Positions 52,281 through 64,000 of a DNA stretch of 64,000 nucleotides are shown here, in pieces. Source of the DNA: Trichosphaerium sp. ATCC 40318 (Eukaryota > Protista > Tubulinea); the NCBI GenBank assembly GCA_038496445.1, contig JALMLS010000304.1, positions 496,001 to 560,000 of the forward strand, written 5' to 3'. The notes below the pieces were generated by a model. The model saw only the letters and a program-made list of their open reading frames with translations, was not told the DNA's origin and ran no database searches. Every line of letters starts with the position of its first letter. Position 1 is the stretch's first letter. The translations under genes and the position numbers were made by a program.

Positions 52281-54739
52281 TCAGTGTCTGACGTCTTTAC
52301 AAGCAAAAAAAGTCATGTACAGTCTTTTGTGAGGTTTCGCTTCAGTGTAGTCTGAATTCACAAGTAGATTTCTCGAATCTTCTGTAATTCTTGAATAGAG
52401 GTTGCACGTGGCAAAGTTAATCGTAACAAACTTAGGAACTAAGGTGATAGTTTTATTTACATCTCATCAACATCGTTTTTGTTTAGCTTAGAACTCAAGC
52501 GTCACGCGTTCTATTTGGGTTGCTGTGGTAGTTGTAACATGTCCAAAGGGTCACTAAAAATATACCCACGTGAATAAGAGCATATTTGAGAAAGAATTAA
52601 TCGTACCAACGAAAATACACAAATCAAACACTACGCAAACACTGACAACAAACCAGAAAGCTGCACCACCAAGTATTTCGCATTTAGTTTCTCCTTCATC
52701 TGATGTGAGCCAACTACAAGATTTACACACGTTTCCATTTTGATAGGATCCTATGACATTGTTTAACGATGGAGAAATATAGCAGGAGCAGGTACCTGCT
52801 TTACATGGTGTACAATAAATTGATGTTAAATCAACAATTGACCCTTCTGTACATTTATGGCATTCTGCTTTTCCTGAATGCATTTGATACATACCGCCAG
52901 GGCAAGGATCACAGTTAGGAGCTCCGCTTAATCTCAGGTTAGACAAACATAGGTAAAAAACACTGACTTACGCTTTAGCCGAATAAGTACCGGGATCACA
53001 AGGAGAGCAAAACGAGCCAATAAAAGGGTTGGCATACCCTTACAGAAATTAAACAATGAACACATCTCAGTGTTGGGTGCATACCTCTAGGACATGGATA
53101 ACAATTGTCTTTTCCGCTAGTACTACTGTATCCTGCTGGACAGTTCGCAGGACCCAGGAAGCCTTTTAGAATGAACTCGCCAAATGTTGCATACGCTGTT
53201 TAACCAAATGTTAGTCGTAATTATTTGTTGGAGCATACGTGTTGGATGTATTATAACCCTCTCCAACGTGGTATTCAAGTAATGCAAGTCTTGATAATGT
53301 ATACCACCCATATTTTCAACAAAAAAGGGAGCAGGTGCATACTATTCAATTATGAGTTGAAATTCGAAACGTTTACAGCAAGACAACAGGACGTACATGA
53401 GCGCTTGTATTGTGAGGTGCTTCAAACTTGCTATCTTCTATAGTTATATGTACTGGCTCTCTTTTTTCGGGTAGTTTGATGCGACCAACCATACCAACTG
53501 ATAAATATTGTGCGACACTTTTTACCAATGTCAACATTGTGGAAACAAAAAACTGTCGAACGTGCGTTGAGTGGAAGTTTGAGTGTGATATGGTTACTGA
53601 TGGTTCTACTTCTTCTGTAGAGAGCAATTCTATATCAAAGAATCTTCTTTTCGTGCCGCTGTTTACAAATTTGGCAGTTGCTTGAGAAACAGACAGCGTA
53701 GAGCCTGCAAATGAGAACCCGGCATCAAAAAATTTGCAATTCTTCACCTCCATTGTATCAACTACATATTTTAGATAAATTTCACGTGATCGCGTTAATT
53801 ATGTACCATTAAATGATGCAACACTACTCTGAACTAGACAATAACTTAGAGAAGCAGTTTTCCCATTTTTTGCAATAACATTAGAATTATTGAACATGGT
53901 TTCACTTATTTGAATTTTGCCTGTCACATTATGTCCAATTTGTACTAGCATATCAGTTAGTTTACAAACAAGGTAATGAAGCAGCGCTAGAATGAAAAAA
54001 AACGGGGAACTCAAACGCACACGCTGGACCAGTGTCAAAGCTACATCGATTCAATGTAAGTGTAAGAGGAGACTGGGAATCACGTGCAAAGAAGTTGACA
54101 CGTATAGCCAAATCTAGGTCCGTATTAGAAGATACAATAAGGTGATACTATCGTGCCATTAAGGATAATTTTGGCAGCATTTGCCGGACAAACGGAAATA
54201 TCCTAAACAAAGGTTGGCACATTAAAAATTTACTGCAATCAGTAGTAGAGAACGCACTTTAATTGCTGAGAAGGTTGGATGGCTAGTAGATGAGTTTCGT
54301 ATGCCTTGTATTGTTACTGTTGTTTCAGTCGTTAGGCACAAAGGCAAAGTTTCGTTTTGGTTTGTGTAGCTTCCACCTAATGCGTTATGGTAGTTCGTAG
54401 ATGGTATACTAAGCGTACTTTGCAAACAAATAGTGAAAGTACCACCATTGGTTGGAATTTTACTAAAAGCGTGGTTTAAGGTTTCCCAAGGCGACTTCAC
54501 TGTTCCAGCACCCTACAGAGACATACGTTTATCCATTCATTGTCGAAAAAAACTGAAAATGCGTTACGTACCTTGGTATCACTCCCTTTAGGCGCAATAT
54601 ACCAATTGCATGCGTCAGCAGCGATGGTGCGATAGGGTATTTTATTACCGGTCACCAATACGTCAGTACTCGCTGCTATCACTGCTAAGTACGCTAATAT
54701 CACAAAACCTACACGCGCAAATGTCACAGTTGCGGCCAT
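52281..54739 (-). CDS. Single-pass surface protein: signal peptide, beta-helix-like N-terminal region, Cys-rich CxxCxxG repeats, TM; 3' end approximate
   Basis: WYIAPKGSD...SPWETLNHA, repeats such as CDPCPGG/CTPCKAG, hydrophobic AAFWFVVSVCVVFDLCIFV. Confidence 0.7.
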
Positions 54740-55025
54740 GAAACAAAATCGAAGCCTTTACAACAATAAACACCAACAAGTGGAAAAATACAGTCTGAAG
54801 ATTAGGACGACTTTTTTTGCGTCAATTTTGTTCGATTATTTGAAAACTCAACACTCTACGAAATAGGACCGAGCTAGCTTGTATGACAACATAGTATTCG
54901 CGAAGTCGGGTTCTCGAGAAGTGTAAGCGAAGCTCGCAAAATGTTAGCACGTGCTACATTCTTGTTTATCACGTGTTTTTTCAAAAGGAACAAATATCGA
55001 AAAAATACAGGTTTATGTAACTAGT

Positions 55026-55680
55026 TTATTGCTCAATAGCTGATACTCCTTTGTTTTCAATGGAGAAATTGTACTTGATACACAAAATCAAGTGCTTGTC
55101 TTGATCGTAGGCAGTAAATTGTCCAGAGTATCCATCAGACTAATTCGTGTTAATGAAAGCGTTCAAGATAGTATTTCGTACAGTAATTGCGAAAGAAGGG
55201 ATCTCAACAGTCAAAGCAGTGGTGTGAGGGCCAACTGGGCATGGGCAAGGACAGTCAGGGATGATTGGAGGGTTACAGATACTTCCTAGGGGAAAGGGAG
55301 TCAAAAAACAATGTCGAAAAGGAACAGGACAACATACCAGTGAACTTTTTTACTGGTAGGCCATCAAGGTATACAGTGGTGTCCCAGTCGCCTGTGTTGG
55401 TGGTTAGGAAAAAGTACATTTTACATGTAAAATTCTGAGCGTACCGTTCGAGTATGTTTTGTTCTCCATGCCGTGTGCGTGTACAGTAACAGCCTTTCCA
55501 GCAATAGCTGGGTCTAACAATAGTTTTAAAATACAGTTTTTGTTAAAACAACGTACAAGGAGTCATTGTAACTTGGCTTACATCAAAAGTAGCGCCAGAG
55601 TCGCATTTTGTCCAGGACAATGGCTTGGCACAGAAAGCTACAGCGAAAACAAGTGCGAGAGCGAGGAGAAGCTTCATCAT
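55026..55680 (-). CDS. ML-domain (NPC2-like) sterol/lipid-binding secreted protein
   Basis: Signal peptide, WTKC, VTMTPYPAIAG, SIC...CP, LILCI; about 150 aa. Confidence 0.8.
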
Positions 55681-56028
55681 GATAAAAAAGTTAAGTATTA
55701 TGGTTTTTGGGTCAAGAACGCGATTGTGCACGTTTTTAGAAAAGTCGACTTACCTTTGGTGGTTTTCGTAGTAGCGGTGGCAGTATATTTAGCAAGGAAA
55801 ATAAGGGAGATTGTTTTGGAACTACACAGAAACGCTCATTTCACAAAACGGTGAAAAAGATTGGGTTTTGAGTTTTTCCCGCACTCACAAAAGATTTTTA
55901 TCGCTGTTAACAGTGATGTTACGCTGCCCTATGAACTCGCGTGAACCCACCAGTCGCAGAATGATAGTTTTGCAGTATGTCAATATAAAGTGGAGAAAAT
56001 AGGCCCACAAGTGAGTTTAGCTCAATTC

Positions 56029-56054
56029 TACGCCAACTACACTATGTTGGCGTA
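56029..56054. repeat. Perfect 9-bp inverted repeat TACGCCAAC-N8-GTTGGCGTA, intergenic
   Basis: Directly visible between the lipase 3' end and the NPC2-like start. Confidence 0.7.
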
Positions 56055-56385
56055 ATATAGTTGTTTACTACCCAAAAACCTTTTTGCTAGTCTCTAACAC
56101 GTTAATCACGTGTTAAAGTTATTATAAACGTGCGATATAGTTGGCCTAGTCAAGCTTTTAAAAAACGTTCTAAATTCAAAATATTGGTGGTAGAGTGACA
56201 TAATCACAGCAGAAGTCGCCAGTGTGAACTGTTATTCGTTCCCTACAACGTTCTTAGTGCTTCTTACGAACGGAAAATTCACATCCGCTTTTTAAAGCTT
56301 CAAGATAAACAGTCTAATACTTAGTGTAATAATAATTGCATTTTTGAACCTTTTGGTTTTCAAGTTTATTGACGTTCAGAGCAGT

Positions 56386-58130
56386 CTAAATAGAATTGTC
56401 TCTATATTTTTCTATTTGCTTTACCGCAAGCGGGTACACTGTTTCGTGCGCTGTATATCCTAACGTAAAGTCCATGTGGCCAAAAGACTACCAAAGAAGT
56501 AAAGAAGTAGAAAACAAGAAATTCTTACCGGTTCATTGTGAACATATGGTTCTACAGGTAAACGAGATAGAAGCGTTTGAACATCCTTTGGATCAGCTAT
56601 AATGTATTAGAGCTCGAAGAAAGTCGCCTACAATAGTACCCAAACCATCCAAAGTACCCGTAAACATCGCAACAGGTAAGTCTCTACAAAAACTGTAAGT
56701 TTCTTTTTCACTATGTATTTGATGGAGTACCTTGGAAATTTCGACAAGTCGTAAATAGGTGGTACTAGTTGACCATACACTATCAAGTTCTTGACTGAGC
56801 CATAATCATACATTTCAAAAGCGTTAGAGAAAACACCTTGTGCCCTAAAGAGAGTTTTAAAGAGAATGTAGACAAATATCTTACCAGTGGATGAGGTTTT
56901 TTGTGGATGTGGGTGCAGGCTCGAACTTTGTGTAAAACGGAATCTGAGATCTGTTTTTGTACGTGAAATCGCCGCTGAGTGCGACAAACAAGAATTCACA
57001 TGCACTAACTCAGCGATTTAGTAGAAGAAAAAGTATTGAAACAAGTTTGAAGGTTTCTGTAAACTAACATACGGGGGATTTATAGTGCATAAGTTAGGTA
57101 TAAGTGCCTTCAATAGAGTGGGGACGTTTACTTGACGGACGCTTAAGATAAAGGCATTAGATTGACAATTTACTTCAATAACTTTTTTTCAAAAAGTGAC
57201 AAGTTTACCCTAACAGTTGAAGAAGCGGTCCCAAGTCAATGGCAGCAAGCAATCTATAGATTTGTACTGTAATATGTGTAACCCAAGCTACAGGAGCGAA
57301 GCAGATAAACACGGATACCATTTTGGCTGTCGAAGGCTCCAAGAAGCCCGAAAAAGCCTGTACAGTGCCCTAGAAGAACAGCCATTAGTAAAGAAAAAAA
57401 AAGTTCGCATTGTGCCTGTGAGTGACCCATGTATGGTATCTTTTTCTGACCTGTTGCTCTTGTAACATACAGCAACTGGGCAGGCAAATCATATTTTGCC
57501 ATGTCATCCCAACTACATACGAAGTAAGAGAGGAAATTCAACTTTAGTTTTCCACCTGAAATCCCAAAACTTGTCATCCTTGGGCGTGTATTTCACATGC
57601 TCCATGCTGATGCCATTACCGCGACTGTTACCCAACCTATGATAGAAAAATAGAGTTATTCTTCCGCTACATAGTGTCGGGGAACAATTACCAAACGTCA
57701 TAGCCAAGATCGGCCAAGTAAAATGCCAAACCTTCAGGAGGAGGGTTTGCTACAGCCGCAAACCTAATAAGAGCGTAATCACGTGATTGGTTTTCGAAAA
57801 AAGAAAAAGCCGTGCGATGAATCAAACAAGCCGTGTTGAAATAGTACAGCTCCTTTTGTAGCATTGACAGACCTCCCATGAGGAATACGCTTTTAGACAA
57901 AGTAAACTACTAATATTGGCCGTGTATTTGGTTACGTACGTTCATAGTGAGTATATATCCATCGTCTGTGGTAACTTTATGCTCTTCTGCCGGCTATTGA
58001 TATTATTGTCAATTAACAGTCATAGCGCACGTACGTAGCCTTGATATTTAATTATTTCCGTTACACTTTTGCCATTTTGAGCGTATACAACGTACAGAGC
58101 TACAAGTAAAACAAATGTACAAGCTTTCAT
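56386..58130 (-). CDS. Lysosomal acid lipase / gastric lipase family
   Basis: EEHKVTTDDGYIL, QHGLFDSS, LADLGYDVWLGNSRGN, SWDDMAKYDLP, GHSQG, YDYG..KN...YGQ..PP.Y, GHMDF. Confidence 0.92.
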
Positions 58131-58787
58131 GACAGTTCAAAAAAAGTTAAAACTGGCCTTAAGTAACACAGCATTCTAAGCAAATCTTAGTTATTAACTT
58201 CCATGTAGCAATGCCTCCAGAGGTGTTGTACCCATTACCACGCCTGTTCCTTCACCTTTGAGACAGTTGCAATCTTGCGATGTTGTGAAATTAATAAAAA
58301 CTAACAACTCTACAAAAAGCACTTTATTTTTTACATGTCTTTTTGAAAAGAATCACGTTCCGTTAGATGCGTGTACATTAGGGAATACCTTTGGAGCAAT
58401 TATCTCAATGACGAACGCACCAAGTAAGTCAAATCTAACTGAGGTTAGCACAAAATTGTTAGGTTGCACAGAATAGTACATTCCAACGAACATGTCTACG
58501 GCAGAGAGTTCACCAAGCAAGTATTGCCCTCAGGCCAAAGCCTTCTATAGTACTGGCCACTGGTAGATGCCCATTTTTTTGAATACTTCTCAACAAGGCT
58601 TGATTTGACTGCTTTGATTCCGTCTACCTCATATGGCAAAAATCGCCAACATTTGCAGGCTAACAAAACACTGACAAATCACTGTTGATGCATTCTATGT
58701 AACTTGGATTGATGCATTGATCTCCCAATATTGTTTTCACAGAAAACGACAGCGTATCTTCAAAATAGCTAATTTATTTGAGTACAC

Positions 58788-59553
58788 CTAAGCATCAATC
58801 CATTGCTTGATAGGCGCTAGAGAAATAACAGCATTGTACATCTTGCTGAGACGAGGTACAGGTTTGAGGTCGAGAGAATCAGGTACGGTCAAAGACACAT
58901 CTCTTATCATTGACGCGACCAGAACATCGGCGAATGAAACATCCTTGCCTGCATAACAGTTAACAACACTGAACAAGAACGAATAATATTGTTCCTGAGA
59001 AGTAATCACCCTCAGTTTGACCCAAGATAGTATCGAAAGCTTTCAGTTGAGTTTTTTGATACTCAGCAAACTTTTTCTTATCTCCACCTGCCAATACAAC
59101 AGGTACCCAAGCATCACGGTAAGAAACGTACGCAGACGCGGCTCTATCAGTGTGATAGTCCTTAATGTCATCAACGCCGTATTTACCCAGTTTTTTTGCC
59201 AAGTATCTAATCATTGGTACGTGCTCGCACATGTTAAGACCTGGTTACTTGGTTAGGTGTATACAAACGAGCAATCCCCTTACCGTTTAGGTGCAAGATT
59301 GGGACACCACCAAAAGGATTTGCTCCGCTGCTAATAATCTCTTCTTTTTTAGAGCCCCAAGCGCCTGGGAAGTCAATAATCTCTTCAGTAAACTTGATAC
59401 CGTTTAATAACATGTAGAATCTAAACAGTGTTGTTAGCTGATTGTGTAGTTGTAGATAGCATACCTGACTGGACCACCGCGTCCGCCTAGTTTCCCCAGT
59501 TGAATGTAAGTGAGTTTAGGAGTACATCCGATTTTATCGTTTGCTGTTGTCAT
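58788..59553 (-). CDS. Glutathione S-transferase
   Basis: GRGGPVRF, NPFGGVPIL, IRYLAKKLG, YFSG.DVSFAD, IKQWI. Confidence 0.88.
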
Positions 59554-60093
59554 TGTTGTTGTAGTTTTTGATTTTGATTGTTTAATGACCCACAAAGATA
59601 GTCATTCGATTCTCCATTTAGAAATCATTCCGCGGTAAACCATTATTGTGTACTAACACGTAATACGAATAATCATGGTATGGTAAGCACTATAGTTATT
59701 ATTTTAGTTTGGGTTGGTGGTATTTGGATTCTCCTCGGGTCGCTTTCCTAATTTAGAAGTTGACCCTCGTGATTTTTCAAAAATGGGTACGCACCCATTA
59801 CGTGTAATCTTACGTGTAACAAGTTGCCATATGTTGCTCAACAAAGCCATTAATGCATTAAAAGGAATATATATGACGCTGCTTAGTTTGTTGTGATTGT
59901 TGGGTTGTATCTTTTTCTTCTATTCTTGCAAGTTTACTGGCTAAACCGTCACCTGATTCTCGAATCTCGTTACCTTTGACACCACCGTAATTCGCTACGG
60001 TAGGACTATTTCAATTGTCTTCACAGCAAGCTCGCCTTAATTAGCTAGAATAAGTACGAATTTGTCACATATTGTCGTGTAAACAGCATTATT

Positions 60094-61386
60094 ATGGCCG
60101 ACGTCACTAAAAATGAGCGCACCTTTGGTGACAGAGCTAAATCCTTTGCCTCCGATGTGTTAATGGGCGGTGTAAGCGCTGCGACGAGTAAAACACTTGT
60201 AGCGCCGATTGAACGCGTAAAGCTACTTCTACAGACACGTCCGGGGCAATATAAAGGTATTAGAGACTGTGTATCCAAAACATATCACAAGGACGGTTTT
60301 TGGCAGTTCTGGCGCGGAAACGGGACTAACGTTGGACGTTACTTCCCTACACAAGCGTTAAATTTTGGATTCAAAGATATCTATCGCGGTATTGCTTACC
60401 AAGGCAAAGATCCCAGCGAATTTGGATACTATGAACTGGTAAGCGAACATGACACTACAATTTTCATCAAACTGTTCCCAACACCCAAGTTGTAGTCTCA
60501 TCCTTGTTTCTACGCTTAAAAACACTTTGCAGGCTGCTCGGAATATGGCTGTGGGAGGTATGGCTGGATTTACGTCTGCGTGCTGTTGTTACCCTCTGGA
60601 TCTCGCCAGAACAAGACTTGCAGCAGATACTGGTACGTGTCCACGTGTTTTACCTCACGACCAAGAGAGCAAACCACGTACAAATTAGTTGTAAGGTTCT
60701 CACTTTTTACACTTATAAACTTTCTACTTTTGTAGAAATTTCGCCAACCTTTTGCCAAAACGTAAAAGTATCTTAGGCACAGTAAAACAATTCCAAGGCT
60801 TCTTTGATGTACTCCGAAAAACTGGTCAAGAAGGCGGTAAGTAAAACGCATGCTCTAAAGAACGTGCAATGTTTGCCCTTTAGAGTACATGCTAATAATG
60901 CTCAAAAGGGTTTCGAGCATACTATAGAGGCTTTGGTATTTCTATTCTAGGCATTGTTCCTTATAGGGCATTGTACTTTGGAGGTTACGATACTATAAAG
61001 TCAATAGTCATTACAGAACCAGAGCACAATAATTTTTGGCGCAAATGGGCTATCAGTCAGACAACTACTGTTATAGCACAATATGTTGTCTATCCTGTGG
61101 ATACAATACGAAGGAACCAAATGACTCATGGACATAAACTAGAGTTTAGTTCAAGGTTCTTCAGCATCATAGACATTTAGCATAAACTAATGTGATGTAG
61201 TTACCGTACAATGAAAACGCTAGTAGCACGGAAAGGTATGATGGGGTTGTATCAAGGAGGTACGGGATGTTACTTTAAGTTAAATGCTGATGTATTTGTT
61301 AAGCGTTGGCAAACACCTTTAGAGCAACTGGTGGAGCATTGACAATTGTGTTTTATGATGAGTTAAAACAGTTTACTGGTCTCTAA
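60094..61386 (+). CDS. ADP/ATP carrier-like mitochondrial carrier with a non-canonical signature
   Basis: [60 protein letters not shown]; RRRMMM replaced by RRNQMT. Confidence 0.88.
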
Positions 61387-61895
61387 ATTTTCTTTATTTT
61401 TTGCCTTCACCATTCACTAACAGCATGATATACATCTCTGTGCCATCTTTACTCATTAGTCGTGATGGAAGTCCTAACACATGGTGGATTGTTACATTCG
61501 CTATGAACCTTAACTGTATTTACTTTTGTTCCAATCAATAACACGTTCAACTACTTATAAATGACTTGATTGCTCAGCCATTTTAAATGCATGAGACTGT
61601 TTCTGTTTAACAGTTTTAAGCTCAAGATTACTTCGCTTTTGTTCACAAAAGTTCTAGGCCGGCTTCAACAACGTGAACTCTTGTGATGGATTCACTAAAT
61701 TTTCGCTATTGGCACAATAACTCTAACCAACGGTGGTAACTAATCAAACTGTAACATCTTGAGCCCAAGTTGTTTATCAGAAACGCATTTACAATTCAGC
61801 TAAACCGAGATTGGCGGCCTCGGCATTCTAATAATATTCCATTGTCGTTACTGAGTCAAGTCATAAACGTCTATTTAGAACCGTTGTAACCACAA

Positions 61896-63668
61896 ATGGA
61901 ACCTGAAAGATGTAAAGCCGTGTTAGACCGCATTTCTGGTAGTTTGATAGGTCTTGCTTGTGGCGATGCCTTTGGCTTCCCAGTTGAAGGTGTGTATTAT
62001 ATACGCGTAGAAACGCTAAAAAGAGTATGTTTAGGCTTAACAACAGATAAAGTAATACAAAAGCTGTGTCTACCGAGCCAATACCAGCCAAAAAATATGT
62101 GGGACACGTCTGCACTTAATTTTTCAGGCACAGAAGAAGAAGCACCAACACCTTCATTTATTGTGCGCGTTACAACTTCAAATGCAATTTCTTAACTTTT
62201 TGGTTTAGGAATTTGATAGTGGCCCGCCTGGTACTTATAGTGATGATACACAGTTTGCTCTCATCTTGCTACAATCTATTTTCGAGGTACGCACGTTGCC
62301 CACGTGCACTTTATTTTTAAAAGGAGAGTTCGCTAAAGCTTGTAACACCTTTTGCTTAGAAAGGCAAGTTTGACCCGAAGCGTACCGCTGAGGTTTTTGT
62401 ACATATGACACAATGCAAGGGTATGTTGAGGGGATGGGGATTACTCAGGTATGAGTTTAAAAAGAGGTTGTGAAAAAATGTTAACGTTGTATTTTTAAAG
62501 AGGTACTGGAAAGAATGCAAGAAGAGCTATCAAAAATATGGGAATTGGATTATCTTGGAAAGAGTGTGGACAAGATTCTGCAGGTAAACATAATAATACA
62601 ATCTAATTTTCAGCGAGTGCAACTACTGATAAGACCTCCTTTGGAGTATTTTGTTGAAGAATTTTTGGTTGTTAACTTGTTTTATTAGGTAATGGTTCTG
62701 CAATGCGAGTTGGTCCCCTTGGTGCTTATTATGCTTCTAAGACTGAGGAGGAGTTACTTCACAACGTAACACTGTCAAGTTTCTTGACACATCGGCACGT
62801 TGCTTCTTTTTTGTTTTTTCTTACCCATTTCTTTAGTGATCCACGTGGAATTGTTGCTGGCGTAGCTGTAGCGTTTGGAGTTAGATATCTTGTAAATCTT
62901 CCAGAAGGTAAAGAAGGTACTATATTACTTTTTGAACTAGTGCTTCTTTGTTGCGTAATAGCTAAAACATTTGTTTTAGAGGATGAAGAATTTTCTGCCA
63001 AAGATTTTATTACATACGTTGCAGAAAAATGTGTTTACGCTGAAGAATACCTCTTGTCAGAATGGAAAGCCTTGTTAAAGCCAGTTGTAAACTCTGATAA
63101 AGTGGATAATGATTTAAAGAATCAAAGAAATGGCAGAAATCAACCGCTACAACCTATTCATCAGTTTAGCTCATGTTTCTCAAAACTTAAAAGACTGATC
63201 ACTATGGACTTTGGCAAAGCTACAACAAATATCACAAAACAAGCGCGTAAAGTATCTGGAACGAAAGGACTTCATCCTTGTCAGGGATTTGCACTATGTT
63301 CTGTAATTACTGCATTTTTAGCTGTTTGTCAAGCTGAAAAATTCGAAGATGCTGTGATAAATGTTGTTCAGCTAGGGCAAGATACTGACACGTGCGTCAT
63401 ACATAACTCATACGTGTTGGTCTCTAATGTATTTTTAAGCTGTGGAGCTATTGCTGGTACCCTTGCTGGTGCAAGGTTTGGTCTCTCAGAAATTCCTGCT
63501 GTTTGGAAAGATAATCTAATAAACTCCAAAGAGTTATTAACAAAAGCTCAAGATATTGGTAAGCTATCACTATCATTGGCCGACAAGGACAAAATATCAT
63601 CTGTACATACATTAGATCATTTAATTGCAATGGAAAGCTTAGATTACTTCGCAGAAACATCAAAATAG
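61896..63668 (+). CDS. ADP-ribosylglycohydrolase (DraG/ARH family)
   Basis: GLACGDAFGFPVE, YSDDTQ, GNGSAMRVGP, THRDP, GQDTDTCGAIAGTLAGARFG..IP..W. Confidence 0.9.
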
Positions 63669-63858
63669 AATAAATAAAACAATGTACTATAAATCGTTTT
63701 GTAAGCTTGTTTGTCCTGACGGTCATAGAAGTCCAAATAATTTAGTTCTCCGCAACTGAACATAACTAGAATCTTGAAAGACCCCTTTCGGCTGTGAGTG
63801 ACTTCTACTAAAGAAATAGCGAAAAGCAAAGTGTCAATTTGAAATAAGCATTTATTCT

Positions 63859-63980
63859 TTAGAACAAAGGATCAAATCCGGCATTTACGTTCACAGATGC
63901 ATCTACAGTGGCTTCTCCACCAAATTCTTGATCACCTTGGCCGGAGCCAAGAGGTGCAAAGAAGTCATCATTAGGGTTAG
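63859..63980 (-). CDS. Last exon of a gene entering from the right edge (…NPNDDFFAPLGSG…GFDPLF*), possibly an endocytic/adaptor-binding tail
   Basis: TTTAG acceptor at 63981, open frame to TAA, acidic-Phe motifs. Confidence 0.5.
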
Positions 63981-64000
63981 CTAAAACAAAAAGAGTCAGA

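Noticed and set aside
1-64000. Alternative genetic code as the explanation for fragmented ORFs
   Set aside because: Fragmentation is explained by tiny introns, and TAA, TAG and TGA all terminate conserved genes
1-64000. CRISPR arrays, tRNA/rRNA genes, transposase or reverse-transcriptase ORFs
   Set aside because: None recognised by eye; a tRNA or Rfam scan would be needed to exclude small RNA genes

Overview
This is gene-dense eukaryotic nuclear DNA (roughly 36% GC), probably from a unicellular eukaryote; I cannot name the taxon from the sequence. About 30 protein-coding genes are split by many tiny spliceosomal introns (mostly about 40-55 nt, donors GTACGT/GTATGT/GTGCGT/GTAAGT, a CTAAC/TTAAC-like branch point and a YAG acceptor), so the supplied ORF track is fragmented. 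I rebuilt the gene models by hand across introns. Recognisable genes: NOC3, PssA-type phosphatidylserine synthase, M3 oligopeptidase, a rhodanese-like protein, COX15, a ZIP zinc transporter, a divergent TFIIA-gamma, PIG-O, a Rab, a KCTD/BTB protein, LanC-like protein, VOC glyoxalase, LCAT/PLA2G15-like lipase, YjjX-like NTPase, IRE1, an ankyrin/F-box/pseudo-GTPase fusion, a PX-BAR sorting nexin, M1 aminopeptidase, a Ttd14-like AAA/CYTH protein, a nucleotidyltransferase, a Cys-rich surface protein, NPC2, acid lipase, GST, an ADP/ATP carrier-like protein and an ADP-ribosylglycohydrolase. The most striking signals concern splicing and genome organisation. (1) Donor position +2 looks relaxed: at least 8 GC-AG introns, most with atypical donors (GCACAA/GCACGN), plus a probable GA-AG intron. 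(2) A textbook AT-AC U12 intron lies in a bacterial-type PssA gene. (3) An N-acylation-type Rab lacking C-terminal cysteines is nested antisense in a 1.2-kb PIG-O intron. (4) The IRE1 start codon is split by an intron and overlapped by a uORF stop. (5) A structured, T-run-terminated intergenic RNA candidate carries a telomeric-template-like ACCCTAACC. (6) CACGTG is strongly over-represented. All splice models are sequence-based predictions, not transcript-verified.
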